Assembly: GCA_027489915.1 (NCBI GenBank)
Contig: JAIXZB010000028.1
Span: 1 to 60,925 of the forward strand
Length of the DNA: 60,925 nt
Direction of reading: 5' to 3'
From: Rickettsiales bacterium
GTDB taxonomy: Bacteria; Pseudomonadota; Alphaproteobacteria; Rickettsiales; UBA3002
In this document: positions 40,032-50,824 of the stretch, in pieces
How positions within the stretch are numbered: position 1 is the first letter of the stretch
Layout of the letters: every line of letters begins with the position of its first letter
Program-made: the position numbers and the translations under genes
Notes under the pieces: generated by a model
The model's input: the letters and a program-made list of their open reading frames with translations, nothing else
The model's database searches: none
What the model was told of the DNA's origin: nothing

Positions 40032-41692
40032 TACGCCGCATCCTTTTCTTTGGTTTTGCTGAAGTCTTTGGAGGCTTTCACAAAAGAAGCGAAAAGTGGG
40101 TGGGCATCGAAGGGGCGGGATTTGAATTCGGGGTGGAACTGCACGCCGACAAACCATGGGTGGCCCTTGATTTCGACTATTTCGGGCAGTTTACCATCGG
40201 GCGATAGACCTGAGAACACCACACCATGCTTGGCGAAATCTTCGGCGTAATTGATGTTTACTTCATAGCGGTGACGGTGGCGTTCGCTGATATCACCTGC
40301 GCCATAGATTTTGGCAGCCAAGGTGCCAGAAGCGATACGGCAAGGGAATGCGCCAAGGCGCATAGTGCCGCCTAAATCGGAGTCTTTGCTTCGCGTCTGT
40401 GTTTTACCGTGTTGCTTCCATTCCGTCATGAGGCCAACAAGCTGGCCGCGCGCATCTTTGGTTACGGGGCCGCCAAGTTCGCTTGAAGTCGCGTCTTTCA
40501 CGCCGAGCAAGTTGCGCGCCATTTCGATGACGGCGATTTGCATGCCGTAGCAAATGCCAAGGTAGGGAATTTTATTTTCGCGCGCATAGGTGACAGCATT
40601 GATTTTGCCTTTTACACCCTCTTCGCCAAACCCACCAGGGACGAGAATTGCATCGACATCGCCGAGTTTTTCTGCGGCGTCGCCTTTTTCGAAAATGCGG
40701 GCGTTTATCCAGCGCACATTGACACGCACATTGTTTTCAATACCTGCGTGGTCGAGTGCTTCGGTAAGGGATTTATAGGTATCGCCGATGGAAGTGTATT
40801 TGCCCACCATAGCGATGGTCACTTCGCCACGCGGCGATTCGAATCGCTTAACAACGGTTTCCCATTGCGAAAGAGCGATTTCTTTTTTCGATTTAATGCC
40901 GAAATGCTTGAGCACTTGTGTATCGAGCCCCTCATGATGGAGGTTGAGGGGTACTTTATAAATGGATGTCGCATCCAGTGCGGAGATAACACATTCTTCT
41001 TTTACGTTGCAAAACTGCGCGATTTTCTTTTTCTCGTTCACAGGAATCTCGCGGTCGGCACGGCAAAGTATGAAATCGGGCTGGATACCGATAGAGCGCA
41101 GCTCTTTGACCGAATGCTGGGTAGGTTTGGTTTTCAGCTCACGTGCTGCGGCGATATAGGGCAAAAGCGTTACATGCATATACAGCACTTTATCGCGCCC
41201 AAGCTCATAGCCTAACTGGCGGATGGCTTCGAAAAAAGGCAAGCCTTCGATGTCCCCTACGGTGCCGCCGATTTCGCAGAGTACGAAATCTTCTTTCTCT
41301 GCATCGCGACGAATGAACTCTTTAATGAGGTTAGTAACGTGAGGGATAACCTGCACGGTGCCGCCCAGATACTCGCCTTTGCGCTCTTTAGAGAGCAAGT
41401 TGGAATAGACTTGGCCGGTAGTGATGTTATCCGATTTTTTGGCATCCACCCCTGTGAAGCGCTCGTAATGGCCTAAATCTAGATCGGTCTCAGCACCATC
41501 CTCAGTCACAAACACTTCACCGTGCTGGGTGGGGTTCATGGTACCAGGATCAACGTTCAAATATGGGTCGAGCTTGCGCAAGCGCACTTTAAATCCACGT
41601 GATTGTAGCAGGCTTGCAAGGGAGGCAGCCGAAAGCCCCTTACCGAGGGAGGAAACCACACCACCTGTGATAAATATAAAGCGTGCTGGCAT
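40031..41692 (-). CDS. pyrG: CTP synthase
   Basis: 553 aa starting [13 protein letters not shown], with a C-terminal GATase domain (GICYGMQ and HPEF). Confidence 0.95.
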
Positions 41693-41694
41693 AC

Positions 41695-42096
41695 CTATTG
41701 CTCTGTCGGAACGCTGGGTTGCGACTTCTCTTTTGGTTCTTTGGAATCTGATTCTTTATCTTCGTCTGCTTTGGCTTTCTTTGTATCCGATGACTTTGCA
41801 TCATCTGCAGGAACAGTAGGCTTCGAATCCTCACTGGTCGCTTTAATTTTATCAACAATCGAAGTGCTGCTGTGGCTCGATGCGATAATGCCAAGTACTA
41901 AGCTGTTGACAATAAACAAGGTAGCAAGAATTGCTGTGGTGCGGGTTAAGAAGTTGGCTGTTGCGCGGCCCGACATAAAGTTTGAACCACCGCCTGAACC
42001 AAGGCCAAACCCATCCGATTCACTGCGCTGAATAAGCACCATTCCAATGAGTGCCAACGAAATCAACACATGAATAACCAACAAAACCGTTTCCAT
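41695..42096 (-). CDS. secG: preprotein translocase subunit SecG
   Basis: The two-TM SecG core is [37 protein letters not shown]...[19 protein letters not shown]. It has an extended charged C-terminal tail. Confidence 0.8.
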   Translation of the reverse strand: METVLLVIHVLISLALIGMVLIQRSESDGFGLGSGGGSNFMSGRATANFLTRTTAILATLFIVNSLVLGIIASSHSSTSIVDKIKATSEDSKPTVPADDAKSSDTKKAKADEDKESDSKEPKEKSQPSVPTEQ

Positions 42097-42109
42097 TACC
42101 CTTAATCCC

Positions 42110-42859
42110 TTATGTTTTATGTGTCACTGCGCTTGCAGAGGTCAATATAGAGGCGAACTGAGTGGCATCTAAGCTTGCACCTCCAACCAGCGCACCATCT
42201 ACACCATGAAGCGATAAGATAGACGATGCATTCGCTGCATTGACCGAGCCTCCATACACAACGTGTGGGGGTCTGTCACGCGTTTGTTCGTGTGTGTGCA
42301 ACGCTTGCTTGATGCATGCATGGGCTGCAATGATATCCTCGCCACTTGGAGTAAGTCCTGTGCCGATTGCCCATACTGGCTCGTAGGCCACAATGAATAC
42401 ATGCGAAGTGTAGGGAACAGATCCTGCAATCTGGGCGCGCAGAGTATTCAGGGTTTCGCCAGCCTCGCGCTGCTCTTTTGTTTCGCCTATGCAAATAATC
42501 GGAATGAGCCCTGCGTTTGCAGCAGCGAGTGATTTTTCGGCAATATCTTCGCATTTTTCATAGCATCCTGCGCGGCGCTCTGAATGCCCCAGTATTACGT
42601 AACGAGCGCCAGCGCTGGCAATCATTTCTGCACTTATGCTTCCTGTGTGCGGGCCATGTGCGCTTGCATGGCAATCCTGTGCGCCAATTGCCAGCGTGAT
42701 AGGCGTTTCGGCAACTGCCTGGGTAATCCACAACGCAGGTGGGCACAATATGGTTTGAATGGATTCTGGCAGAGATTCAAGTGTCGACTTTAGGGCAGCT
42801 ATCCACGCTGAAACGCGCGCTGCATCGCCGTGCATTTTCCAATTTGCTATGATGTGCAT
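42110..42859 (-). CDS. tpiA: triose-phosphate isomerase
   Basis: Contains IIANWKMHG, GHSERR and AYEPVWAIGTG. I start at the internal ATG. The track ORF extends to 43000. Confidence 0.9.
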   Translation of the reverse strand: MHIIANWKMHGDAARVSAWIAALKSTLESLPESIQTILCPPALWITQAVAETPITLAIGAQDCHASAHGPHTGSISAEMIASAGARYVILGHSERRAGCYEKCEDIAEKSLAAANAGLIPIICIGETKEQREAGETLNTLRAQIAGSVPYTSHVFIVAYEPVWAIGTGLTPSGEDIIAAHACIKQALHTHEQTRDRPPHVVYGGSVNAANASSILSLHGVDGALVGGASLDATQFASILTSASAVTHKT

Positions 42860-42987
42860 GAGGTGTCGTAGCACAGTCACATTGCGCTTGCCAAGCCCTA
42901 AGCTGTTATAATCGCTCGGGTTAGGTTTGACTTCACGCGAGCATGCTGTAGATGTCTTGCAAGTTATATATTGTAAAAGGACTTTAC

Positions 42988-44868
42988 ATGCTTTCGACAA
43001 TGCGCAAGGGCGTTTCTACCATTTTTGCCAAGGCACTGATGATTTTGCTGGTGCTATCATTTGCATTGTGGGGTGTGGGAGATATGATTCGCCAAGGCGG
43101 CACGCAGAGCGTTGCGAAAGTTGGCGATTCACGGATTTCTCCACAAGAATTCAATGAGCGCATGGCGCGTGCCAAGGCGCAAATGCAAGGTATGCCAGAG
43201 GAAATGCTTAACTCTTCTATGATGCGCACTCAGGTATTGCAGGGTATGGTACAGCAACTTTTGTTGTTGCAGGAATCAAACCGTATTGGCCTGAAAATCA
43301 ATGATGATATTATTGCACAAGTTATCCGCGAAAATCCACAATTTCAGGATAAAAATGGGTCATTTAGCGAAATCAGATTTTTAAGTTTTCTGCAAAATAA
43401 CCGCGTTTCTGAGGCTGGCTTTATTGCAACCATCCGCAATGATGTTGAATCAGCGAGTGTGCTGCAAACCCTTGACATGCCTGAATCGCTGCAGTTTCAG
43501 ACATTAAATAATGTACTGGCATTGGCGAAACGGCAATCGAGAAGTGCGGATATATTTATCATTCCGCAAACCAAGATTGAGAAAAAGGAACCAAGTGACA
43601 AAGCGCTAAACGCTCTTTATGAAACCATAAAAGCGGATTACATGGTGCCTGAAACACGCAGTATTTCCTATATCGTGGCTGATGTAACCGCTATCAACGC
43701 GGCTATCAGCAAAAATATATCTGAAGAAGCTATCGCAGATCGTTATGCAGCAGAAAAAGATGCGCTTGGGAAACCAGAAACCCGTGATGTGATGCAATAT
43801 TTATTTGCTGATAAAAAATCAGCAAAAGCGGCTGCAGCAGCACTTGCAGGTGGTTCAACAGATTCTGTGATAGCTAAGGATTTTGGTCTGAAAAATGGCA
43901 AGCCTGTTGTGATGAATGCTATTACGGCGGATGCGTTACCTGATGCAGTATCGGCTATTGTTTTTGATGCCCCCGAAAAGGGGTTCACTCCTCCTGTCAA
44001 AACAGACTTTGGATGGAATGTTTACAAAATTACTTCGGTTACGAAGCGCACTGTGCCTAGCTTAGAATCCAGCAAAGAAACTATTCGCACCCTACTTTTC
44101 AATGAAGAAAAAGAATCTGCGCTGCACGATATCTCTTATAAAATTGAAGATGCGTTGGCAGCGGGTGATACTATTGAAGCTGCCGTTAAAAGCCTTGGAT
44201 ATGATGCCAAAACATTCACGATTACTGCCGATAAATCTAAACGCACCCAAGGTGAGGCTAAATCACTCGAAGCTTATGTCATTAATACGGGCTTTGCGCT
44301 TGCTGAATCTGAATTTTCTGGATTTCAGGAATATGGCAAAGCGTATGTGGCTGTGACAGTGGGATCCATTACTCCAGAAACAGCAAAACCTTTGAATGAC
44401 GTTCGCACCCAAGTGCTTTCACGTTTTCATGAAAGCGAGCTCACACGGATATCAGCAGAGCATGCGGCTGCGACTGCGGCTGCACTACGCACAAGTAAAG
44501 ACCCCGTTGCAGTGGCGTCCAAATCTGGAGTGAGCGTTAGATCGCTAGGGCCTGTAAGGCTTGCTGAAGCACTGGCTTCGACCAAGGATGTGGGAGGAAT
44601 CCCTTCAGAACTTAGACGCCGCTTGTTTGAAACTGATCTCGGCGATATGACAACGCCCGTGCAGATGCCTAATGGTTCGTGGGCGCTGGCAAAAGTTACA
44701 AAAATTACGCAGGATACGGATTTTGCAGATACCGCCTCCCCCATTTCCCGGGAGCTGACGCCTGCACTGAATAATACGGTGTATGCGAATTATCTGCGGC
44801 ATCTTACCACGCTGTATCCGGTGGATGTGAATGAAGAGCTTCTCAATGGAAGTGCTGAAAATCCATGA
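42988..44868 (+). CDS. PpiD-like periplasmic chaperone / peptidyl-prolyl isomerase (SurA N-terminal domain protein)
   Basis: Has an N-terminal anchor (FAKALMILLVLSFALWGVGDM) and a long SurA-N/PpiD-type body. Its usual alphaproteobacterial position is upstream of trpE. I start at the internal ATG (MLSTMRKG). The track ORF starts at 42952. Confidence 0.75.
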   Translation: MLSTMRKGVSTIFAKALMILLVLSFALWGVGDMIRQGGTQSVAKVGDSRISPQEFNERMARAKAQMQGMPEEMLNSSMMRTQVLQGMVQQLLLLQESNRIGLKINDDIIAQVIRENPQFQDKNGSFSEIRFLSFLQNNRVSEAGFIATIRNDVESASVLQTLDMPESLQFQTLNNVLALAKRQSRSADIFIIPQTKIEKKEPSDKALNALYETIKADYMVPETRSISYIVADVTAINAAISKNISEEAIADRYAAEKDALGKPETRDVMQYLFADKKSAKAAAAALAGGSTDSVIAKDFGLKNGKPVVMNAITADALPDAVSAIVFDAPEKGFTPPVKTDFGWNVYKITSVTKRTVPSLESSKETIRTLLFNEEKESALHDISYKIEDALAAGDTIEAAVKSLGYDAKTFTITADKSKRTQGEAKSLEAYVINTGFALAESEFSGFQEYGKAYVAVTVGSITPETAKPLNDVRTQVLSRFHESELTRISAEHAAATAAALRTSKDPVAVASKSGVSVRSLGPVRLAEALASTKDVGGIPSELRRRLFETDLGDMTTPVQMPNGSWALAKVTKITQDTDFADTASPISRELTPALNNTVYANYLRHLTTLYPVDVNEELLNGSAENP

Positions 44869-46364
44869 TCCGTATTGAACCAAGTCTGGATGAATTTACT
44901 GCGCACTACAAAGCGGGCGCGCCACAGCTTGTGTGGACGCGTATCATTTCGGATCTAGAAACCCCCGTTTCGGCACTCCTAAAGCTGAATCCAAATGCGG
45001 GGGCGTGCTTTATGCTAGAATCGGTTCATGGCGGCCAAACTCGTGGGCGCTACTCTATCATTGGGTTAGAGCCTGATTTAATGTGGCGTTGCATCGGCAA
45101 TCGCCCTGAAATTTCGCACACAGCACCATTTAATGAAGCATCGTTTGAGCCTGCGTGGGAAGATAGTGTGAATTCGCTACGCACGCTGATTCGTGAGCAT
45201 CGCATGGAGATTCCTGAAGCACTGCCACCTATGGCGGCTGGGCTTATTGGCTACATGGGCTATGACATGGTTAAGCTGATGGAACGTTTGCCTGATACCA
45301 AACCCGATACCATTGGTATTCCCGATGCATGCTTTATTCGCCCGCGTGTGATGTTAATTTTTGATTCGGTGGCGGGTGAAATTTTTGTGGTGACCACCCT
45401 GTGGAAGCCAGAAGGTGCAGCTCAAGAGTGCTATGCAGAGGCGGTAGCGCGCATTGAGCGTATTGCGGCACAATTGCAGGGTCCTGTGGATCAGCGCAAC
45501 TATTACAAAGATGTGCCAACTAGCGAAATACAATTCACTTCTAACAGCTCGCCTGAGGCGTATGATGCCATGGTGGAGCGTGCCAAAGAATATATTATCG
45601 CAGGGGATATTTTTCAGGTAGTGCCTTCGCAGCGTTTTGAAGCGCCGTTTGCGCATTCGCCTTTTGCGCTTTATCGCTCGTTGCGCCATCTTAACCCCTC
45701 GCCATTTTTGTTTTTCCTTAATTTTGGTGGCTATGCGCTTGTGGGCTCCAGCCCCGAGATTCTGGTGCGGCTGCGCGATGGGAAAGTGACCATTCGCCCG
45801 ATTGCAGGAACGCGTAAACGTGGAAAAACCAAAGCAGAAGATGAAGCGCTATCTGCAGATTTACTTGCTGACCCAAAAGAGATTGCAGAGCATTTGATGC
45901 TGCTGGATTTAGGGCGTAACGATGTGGGACGCATAAGCAAGCGCGGCACTGTGAAAGTGACAGAGCAGATGATTATCGAGTATTATTCGCATGTGATGCA
46001 TATTGTATCGAATGTAGAAGGCGAGCTTGATACAGAGCGTTTTGATGCGGTTGACGCACTGATGGCTGGGTTCCCTGCAGGCACCACAAGCGGTGCACCC
46101 AAAATCCGTGCGATGGAAATTATTGACGAGTTAGAGCCATGCAGGCGCAGTTTTTATGCGGGATGCGTTGGGTATTTCTCGGCCAATGGCTCAATGGATA
46201 CGTGTATTACGCTTCGCACCGCTTTGGTGAAAGATGGAAAACTCTATGCGCAAGCTGGAGGCGGTGTAGTGGCAGATAGTAATGGCGCTGCGGAATATGC
46301 TGAATCGTGTAACAAGGCACGCGCTATCTTGCGCGCGGCCGTTGATGCCGCAAAGTTTGTGTGA
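44865..46364 (+). CDS. trpE: anthranilate synthase component I
   Basis: 499 aa containing LESV, LLDLGRNDVGR and GAPKIRAMEII. The start overlaps the upstream stop (ATGA). Confidence 0.95.
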   Translation: MIRIEPSLDEFTAHYKAGAPQLVWTRIISDLETPVSALLKLNPNAGACFMLESVHGGQTRGRYSIIGLEPDLMWRCIGNRPEISHTAPFNEASFEPAWEDSVNSLRTLIREHRMEIPEALPPMAAGLIGYMGYDMVKLMERLPDTKPDTIGIPDACFIRPRVMLIFDSVAGEIFVVTTLWKPEGAAQECYAEAVARIERIAAQLQGPVDQRNYYKDVPTSEIQFTSNSSPEAYDAMVERAKEYIIAGDIFQVVPSQRFEAPFAHSPFALYRSLRHLNPSPFLFFLNFGGYALVGSSPEILVRLRDGKVTIRPIAGTRKRGKTKAEDEALSADLLADPKEIAEHLMLLDLGRNDVGRISKRGTVKVTEQMIIEYYSHVMHIVSNVEGELDTERFDAVDALMAGFPAGTTSGAPKIRAMEIIDELEPCRRSFYAGCVGYFSANGSMDTCITLRTALVKDGKLYAQAGGGVVADSNGAAEYAESCNKARAILRAAVDAAKFV

Positions 46365-46370
46365 GGGCAT

Positions 46371-46946
46371 ATGCAAAACATTCTGCTTATCGATAATTAC
46401 GACAGCTTCACTTACAATCTGGTTCATTATTTTATGGAACTAGGCGCCCATGTAGATGTGGTACGCAACGATGCGCTGAGTGTTGCGGATGTGTTCGGCA
46501 AAAAGCCCGATGGGGTAGTGATTTCCCCTGGCCCCTGCTCGCCCAACGAGGCAGGTATCTGTGTGGATGTTATTAAGGCTGCACTTACAACAAAACTTCC
46601 TATTTTAGGTGTATGCCTTGGACATCAGTCGATTGGGCAGGCACTAGGTGGTAACGTGATTCGCGCACCTTATGTTATGCATGGAAAAACCAGCCGTATT
46701 CGGCACAAGAATATGGGGCTGTTTCATAGTATTGCCAACCCATTCACGGCAACGCGCTACCATTCGCTGATTGTGGAGCGTAGTTCGCTGCCCTCTTCGC
46801 TTATTGTAACGGCCGAGACCGATGACGGGCTTATTATGGGGCTACAACATGAGAGTCTGCCGCTTCATGGGGTGCAATTTCATCCTGAAAGTATTGCATC
46901 GGAACATGGACATGCGATGCTTGGAAACTTCCTGAAATCGCTGTGA
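46371..46946 (+). CDS. trpG: anthranilate synthase component II (glutamine amidotransferase)
   Basis: 191 aa with the GATase triad context GVCLGHQ and HPES. Confidence 0.9.
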   Translation: MQNILLIDNYDSFTYNLVHYFMELGAHVDVVRNDALSVADVFGKKPDGVVISPGPCSPNEAGICVDVIKAALTTKLPILGVCLGHQSIGQALGGNVIRAPYVMHGKTSRIRHKNMGLFHSIANPFTATRYHSLIVERSSLPSSLIVTAETDDGLIMGLQHESLPLHGVQFHPESIASEHGHAMLGNFLKSL

Positions 46947-47920
46947 TGGTATCCACACAAAATACCGCAAGCCTGATAGGCGCGATGCTTGATGGCACGA
47001 TAAGCGATGCAGATACGTCAGAAGCACTCATTGCCATGGCCCAGCGTGGCGAAACGGCAATGGATATTTTGGGTGCGGTGCAGGCGGTAATGGAACGTGC
47101 AGTGCCGTTTGATGCTCCTGCACATGCGGTGGATGTATGTGGCACGGGTGGCGATGGAATCCATAGCTACAATATTTCAACCGCCGTTGCCTTAGTTGTG
47201 GCTGCATGTGGTGTGCCAGTGGTGAAGCATGGAAATCGTTCCGTATCGTCGCTTTCTGGATCATCGGATGTGCTTTCGGCACTTGGAATACCCAGCAGCC
47301 TAAGCCCTGATTTTTGGCACGAGTGCCTATATACACATGGCATTGCGTTTTTATTTGCACCGCATTTTCATGCTGGTCTTGTGCGGCTCGCACCGATTCG
47401 CAAGGCGATAAGCACGCGTACTATTTTTAATGTGCTTGGGCCGTTATGTAATCCTGCGCGTATTAAACGCCAGCTTATGGGCGTTTATGCACCTTCCCTC
47501 ACTACGGTTATTGCAGAGGTAATGCGTTTGCGGGAAATGGAGTCTGCTTGGGTGGTGCACGGTCATGATGGAAGTGATGAGCTAAGTATTTCTGGCCCGA
47601 CAACCGTTGAAGCCGTCACCAGAAATACTGTAAAAAATATCACGATTTCTCCAGAGGATATAGGGCTTGCACGGCACCCATTAAGTGCGATCAAGGGTGG
47701 CTCGCCAGAGGTGAATGCGGCGGCAATGCTGACTTTATTTAGCGGTGAGCGCAGCGGTTACCGTTCTACTGTGCTGTGGAACGCGGCGGCAGCATTGATT
47801 GTGGCTGGGCAGACCGCAAGCTTGGATGAAGGCGCAATGCTTGCGGCGCAAGCCATAGATTCGGGCAAGGTACTGGCCTTGCTTAAGGCATTACAAGCGC
47901 GGGCTGAGAGGGTGATATGA
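46943..47920 (+). CDS. trpD: anthranilate phosphoribosyltransferase
   Basis: Contains DVCGTGGDG and KHGNRSVSS. The track start is a GTG at 46943, and the next codon is an ATG at 46946. It overlaps the trpG stop. Confidence 0.9.
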   Translation: MMVSTQNTASLIGAMLDGTISDADTSEALIAMAQRGETAMDILGAVQAVMERAVPFDAPAHAVDVCGTGGDGIHSYNISTAVALVVAACGVPVVKHGNRSVSSLSGSSDVLSALGIPSSLSPDFWHECLYTHGIAFLFAPHFHAGLVRLAPIRKAISTRTIFNVLGPLCNPARIKRQLMGVYAPSLTTVIAEVMRLREMESAWVVHGHDGSDELSISGPTTVEAVTRNTVKNITISPEDIGLARHPLSAIKGGSPEVNAAAMLTLFSGERSGYRSTVLWNAAAALIVAGQTASLDEGAMLAAQAIDSGKVLALLKALQARAERVI

Positions 47921-48711
47921 TTGATACTTTGCAAGAAATATGTGAACTAAAGAAAGCGCATGTAGCTGCATGTAAAAAACGCTTCTCGCTTGCTGAGATA
48001 ACATCGGCAATCCCCTCGCAAGCGAAGCCTCGAGGATTTCATGAAGCACTGCGCACTCGCATTGAAGCAAGCAATCTTGGATTGATTGCGGAGATTAAAA
48101 AAGCATCGCCAAGCAGAGGGCTTATTCGTGCAGATTTCAATCCTGAAGCACTTGCTTTGGCCTATGCAAAGGGAGGCGCCACCTGCCTTTCCGTTCTTAC
48201 GGACACGCCCTATTTTCAGGGCGAGGATGCATATTTACAGCAGGCACGAAACGCCGTTTCACTGCCTGTACTGCGTAAAGATTTTATGCTTGATGTGTAT
48301 CAGGTGCATGAAAGCCGCATGCTAGGGGCGGATTGTATTTTATTGATTATGGCGTGTTTAAGTGATGTACAAGCGCAAGAACTTGAAGCCACAGCGCATG
48401 CACTTCAGATGGATGTGCTGGTAGAGGTGCATGATTCAGAAGAGCTGGAGCGCGCCCTCGCCTGCCTTGCTTCGCGCCTGATTGGCATCAATAACCGCAA
48501 TCTTAAAACTCTGAAGGTTGATCTTGTAACCAGTGAAACGCTTCGTAGACGTATCCCGAGCGATTATACAGTGATTTGCGAAAGTGGCATCAAGCAACAT
48601 GCAGACATTGCACGTATGCGGCGCGCAGATATGCACGGGTTTTTGGTTGGCGAATCGCTGATGCTGCAGGAGGATGTGGAGCGTGCAACACGAGCGCTGC
48701 TTCTGGGTTAA
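47917..48711 (+). CDS. trpC: indole-3-glycerol phosphate synthase
   Basis: Contains IAEIKKASPSRG, LRKDF and GINNRNL. There is an ATGA overlap with trpD. Confidence 0.9.
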   Translation: MIDTLQEICELKKAHVAACKKRFSLAEITSAIPSQAKPRGFHEALRTRIEASNLGLIAEIKKASPSRGLIRADFNPEALALAYAKGGATCLSVLTDTPYFQGEDAYLQQARNAVSLPVLRKDFMLDVYQVHESRMLGADCILLIMACLSDVQAQELEATAHALQMDVLVEVHDSEELERALACLASRLIGINNRNLKTLKVDLVTSETLRRRIPSDYTVICESGIKQHADIARMRRADMHGFLVGESLMLQEDVERATRALLLG

Positions 48712-50792
48712 TTTCCCATGCTCCATGGCCTCTGGCCTTGGTTATCTTTTGTAGTGTGCCACTCGATTCCATTTTGTGTGAAGAATCCCCAATGGCTGCC
48801 TTCGCGGTCGAAATCAGCACGGTCGATGAAGGTGGTTTTTTGGACACAAGCCTTGCGTTCGGAAGGATAAAAATAATAGCCACTTATCCATGTATTCACT
48901 TTGGGGCAGCCTTTTTTGATATCAGCAACGGTGTGGCTGACGCGTAATGTCGTACTTGAAACTGCAATGCTGCATCCATCGCGCTTGCACGTGATGTGTT
49001 TGAGAGGTTTTACGGTGCGGTATTCTGCAAAGGATTTCTGCCCCACGGCATTGGCCCATAGCTTTGCAAATAATCCATCTGATGTGCCGCGTAACATTAC
49101 ATATTCATCGCCTGTGCGTGTGGCAATTTGCATGGCCCGTGGGCTTAAGAATATATCGGGCGAGCGCACCGTGAACAGGCTTGCAACTCCAACAATCATG
49201 GCAATAACACCATAGCGGCGCGTGCGGGATTGCCAAAGGCAAAGCCAAAGAAGCCCAATGGTTGAAAGTGCTATTCCCCATTCGGTGGGGGCGCGAGAAT
49301 AGAGGATGGCATTCGGCCATGTGCTTACCTCATGGGCGACATACAACATCGCATCAATCCCGTAATTCATTATGTAAAGTGCGAGCACTTCTTCGCCAAT
49401 AGGAAGTAGTACGAAATAGATAGCGACCATGGGCATCAGAATGAAGGTGACAACGGGGGTTAGAACGAGGTTTGAAACCAGCCCGTATAGTGTTGCGTTG
49501 TTGAAATGGAAAAGAATAATGGGTGTAGTGGCGGCCTGCGCAACCAGTGTGGTCAGGCATAAAAAGCCGAACATTCTAAAGGCTTTTTGCACCATACTCG
49601 CATCGTGCAGGAGTGGGTCTTTGAATAACACATCAAACGCAGCAATGAGTGCGAGGGTGGCAGCAAAGGAAAGCTGAAATCCCGGCTCAATTACATCCGA
49701 TGGGTCGTAGGCAAGCATCAGAAGTGCCGCTAGTGCGATAGAGCGCATCGGCTGTGCATCGCGCTTGACGAGTATAGAAATCAGCATGATGGCAAGCATT
49801 ACATAAGCACGCACCGCAGATAGCTCGAAACCAGTGATGGCTACATAAGCAGTGATGGCAATAAGCGTGAGAAACGCTGTTAGAGTTTTGACTGCAGGGC
49901 GCAGGCCAAAGCCTGGGATCAGCGCAAGCAGGCTACGCAGTACTACAAACACAATGCCACCAATCACCACCATATGCGCACCTGAGATAGCAATAATATG
50001 AAGTAGGTTAGCGGCGCGCAATTCTTCGTGAACCACTTCGGGTATAGCAGAATCATCGCCTGTGATAAGTCCTGAAGCAATGGCTCCGTTGGTGCCAGGA
50101 AGCGTTTGCTGAATGGAGGCCGTGAGTGTATCGCGGGCGGTTTGCAGCCATTCTCGCAGCCCTTTTTTTGCTTCTTTCCCTGAGATGGTAATGGGCGGAA
50201 TCGCATAGCCCACCGCTCCGATATCGCGGAAAAAGAAATAGCGGCTGAAATCGAAAGCGTTTGGCATCACAGGGCCTGAGGGTGATAACAAAGCGGCGCG
50301 CACATTGATGGTTTGCCCCACCTCAAGTTCGGGCAATGTTTTGGCGCGGAAAGAAATACGGACGCGATTTGGGGTTTTATCTGACTCCACATTTTTTATG
50401 CGGAGTTTGGACAAGGTTATACGCAAACCTTTATCGACATGCTCGATGGCATCGATGGTGCCTGTCATGGCGCGAATTGGAAGCGCGGTCTCCAGCATTT
50501 TGGTGGTTTTGAGCGAGGTGCGGTATTTTGCATAGGAGGCACCTGTGAGTGCTAGCGTGATAACCAGCAAGGAAAGTCCCAGCGCTCGAGGGAGTTTCTT
50601 TTGAAGTATTATGGCCATGATAAGTGCAGGGAGTGAAGCGTGCAGCCAAATTCCTGGTTCGAAATTGAGGGCATAATACATGGCCATTCCTGCGCCTAGG
50701 CACACGGGAAGCCAAAGGAAGAAGCGCGGCGCTTCTTGCCGGTACCAAGCATTAAAAACCTGTTGCAGCCGCCACATTCGCGCTATAACCAC
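48708..50792 (-). CDS. comEC: ComEC/Rec2 family competence channel protein (no metallo-beta-lactamase domain seen)
   Basis: 694 aa and polytopic, with an OB-like DUF4131 region followed by the competence-domain TM bundle (LLHIIAISGAHMVV). It is convergent with trpC, with a 4-nt overlap. Confidence 0.8.
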   Translation of the reverse strand: MVIARMWRLQQVFNAWYRQEAPRFFLWLPVCLGAGMAMYYALNFEPGIWLHASLPALIMAIILQKKLPRALGLSLLVITLALTGASYAKYRTSLKTTKMLETALPIRAMTGTIDAIEHVDKGLRITLSKLRIKNVESDKTPNRVRISFRAKTLPELEVGQTINVRAALLSPSGPVMPNAFDFSRYFFFRDIGAVGYAIPPITISGKEAKKGLREWLQTARDTLTASIQQTLPGTNGAIASGLITGDDSAIPEVVHEELRAANLLHIIAISGAHMVVIGGIVFVVLRSLLALIPGFGLRPAVKTLTAFLTLIAITAYVAITGFELSAVRAYVMLAIMLISILVKRDAQPMRSIALAALLMLAYDPSDVIEPGFQLSFAATLALIAAFDVLFKDPLLHDASMVQKAFRMFGFLCLTTLVAQAATTPIILFHFNNATLYGLVSNLVLTPVVTFILMPMVAIYFVLLPIGEEVLALYIMNYGIDAMLYVAHEVSTWPNAILYSRAPTEWGIALSTIGLLWLCLWQSRTRRYGVIAMIVGVASLFTVRSPDIFLSPRAMQIATRTGDEYVMLRGTSDGLFAKLWANAVGQKSFAEYRTVKPLKHITCKRDGCSIAVSSTTLRVSHTVADIKKGCPKVNTWISGYYFYPSERKACVQKTTFIDRADFDREGSHWGFFTQNGIEWHTTKDNQGQRPWSMGN

Positions 50793-50824
50793 CGTTCATT
50801 CACCTAAAGAGGCTTAGCAGTATC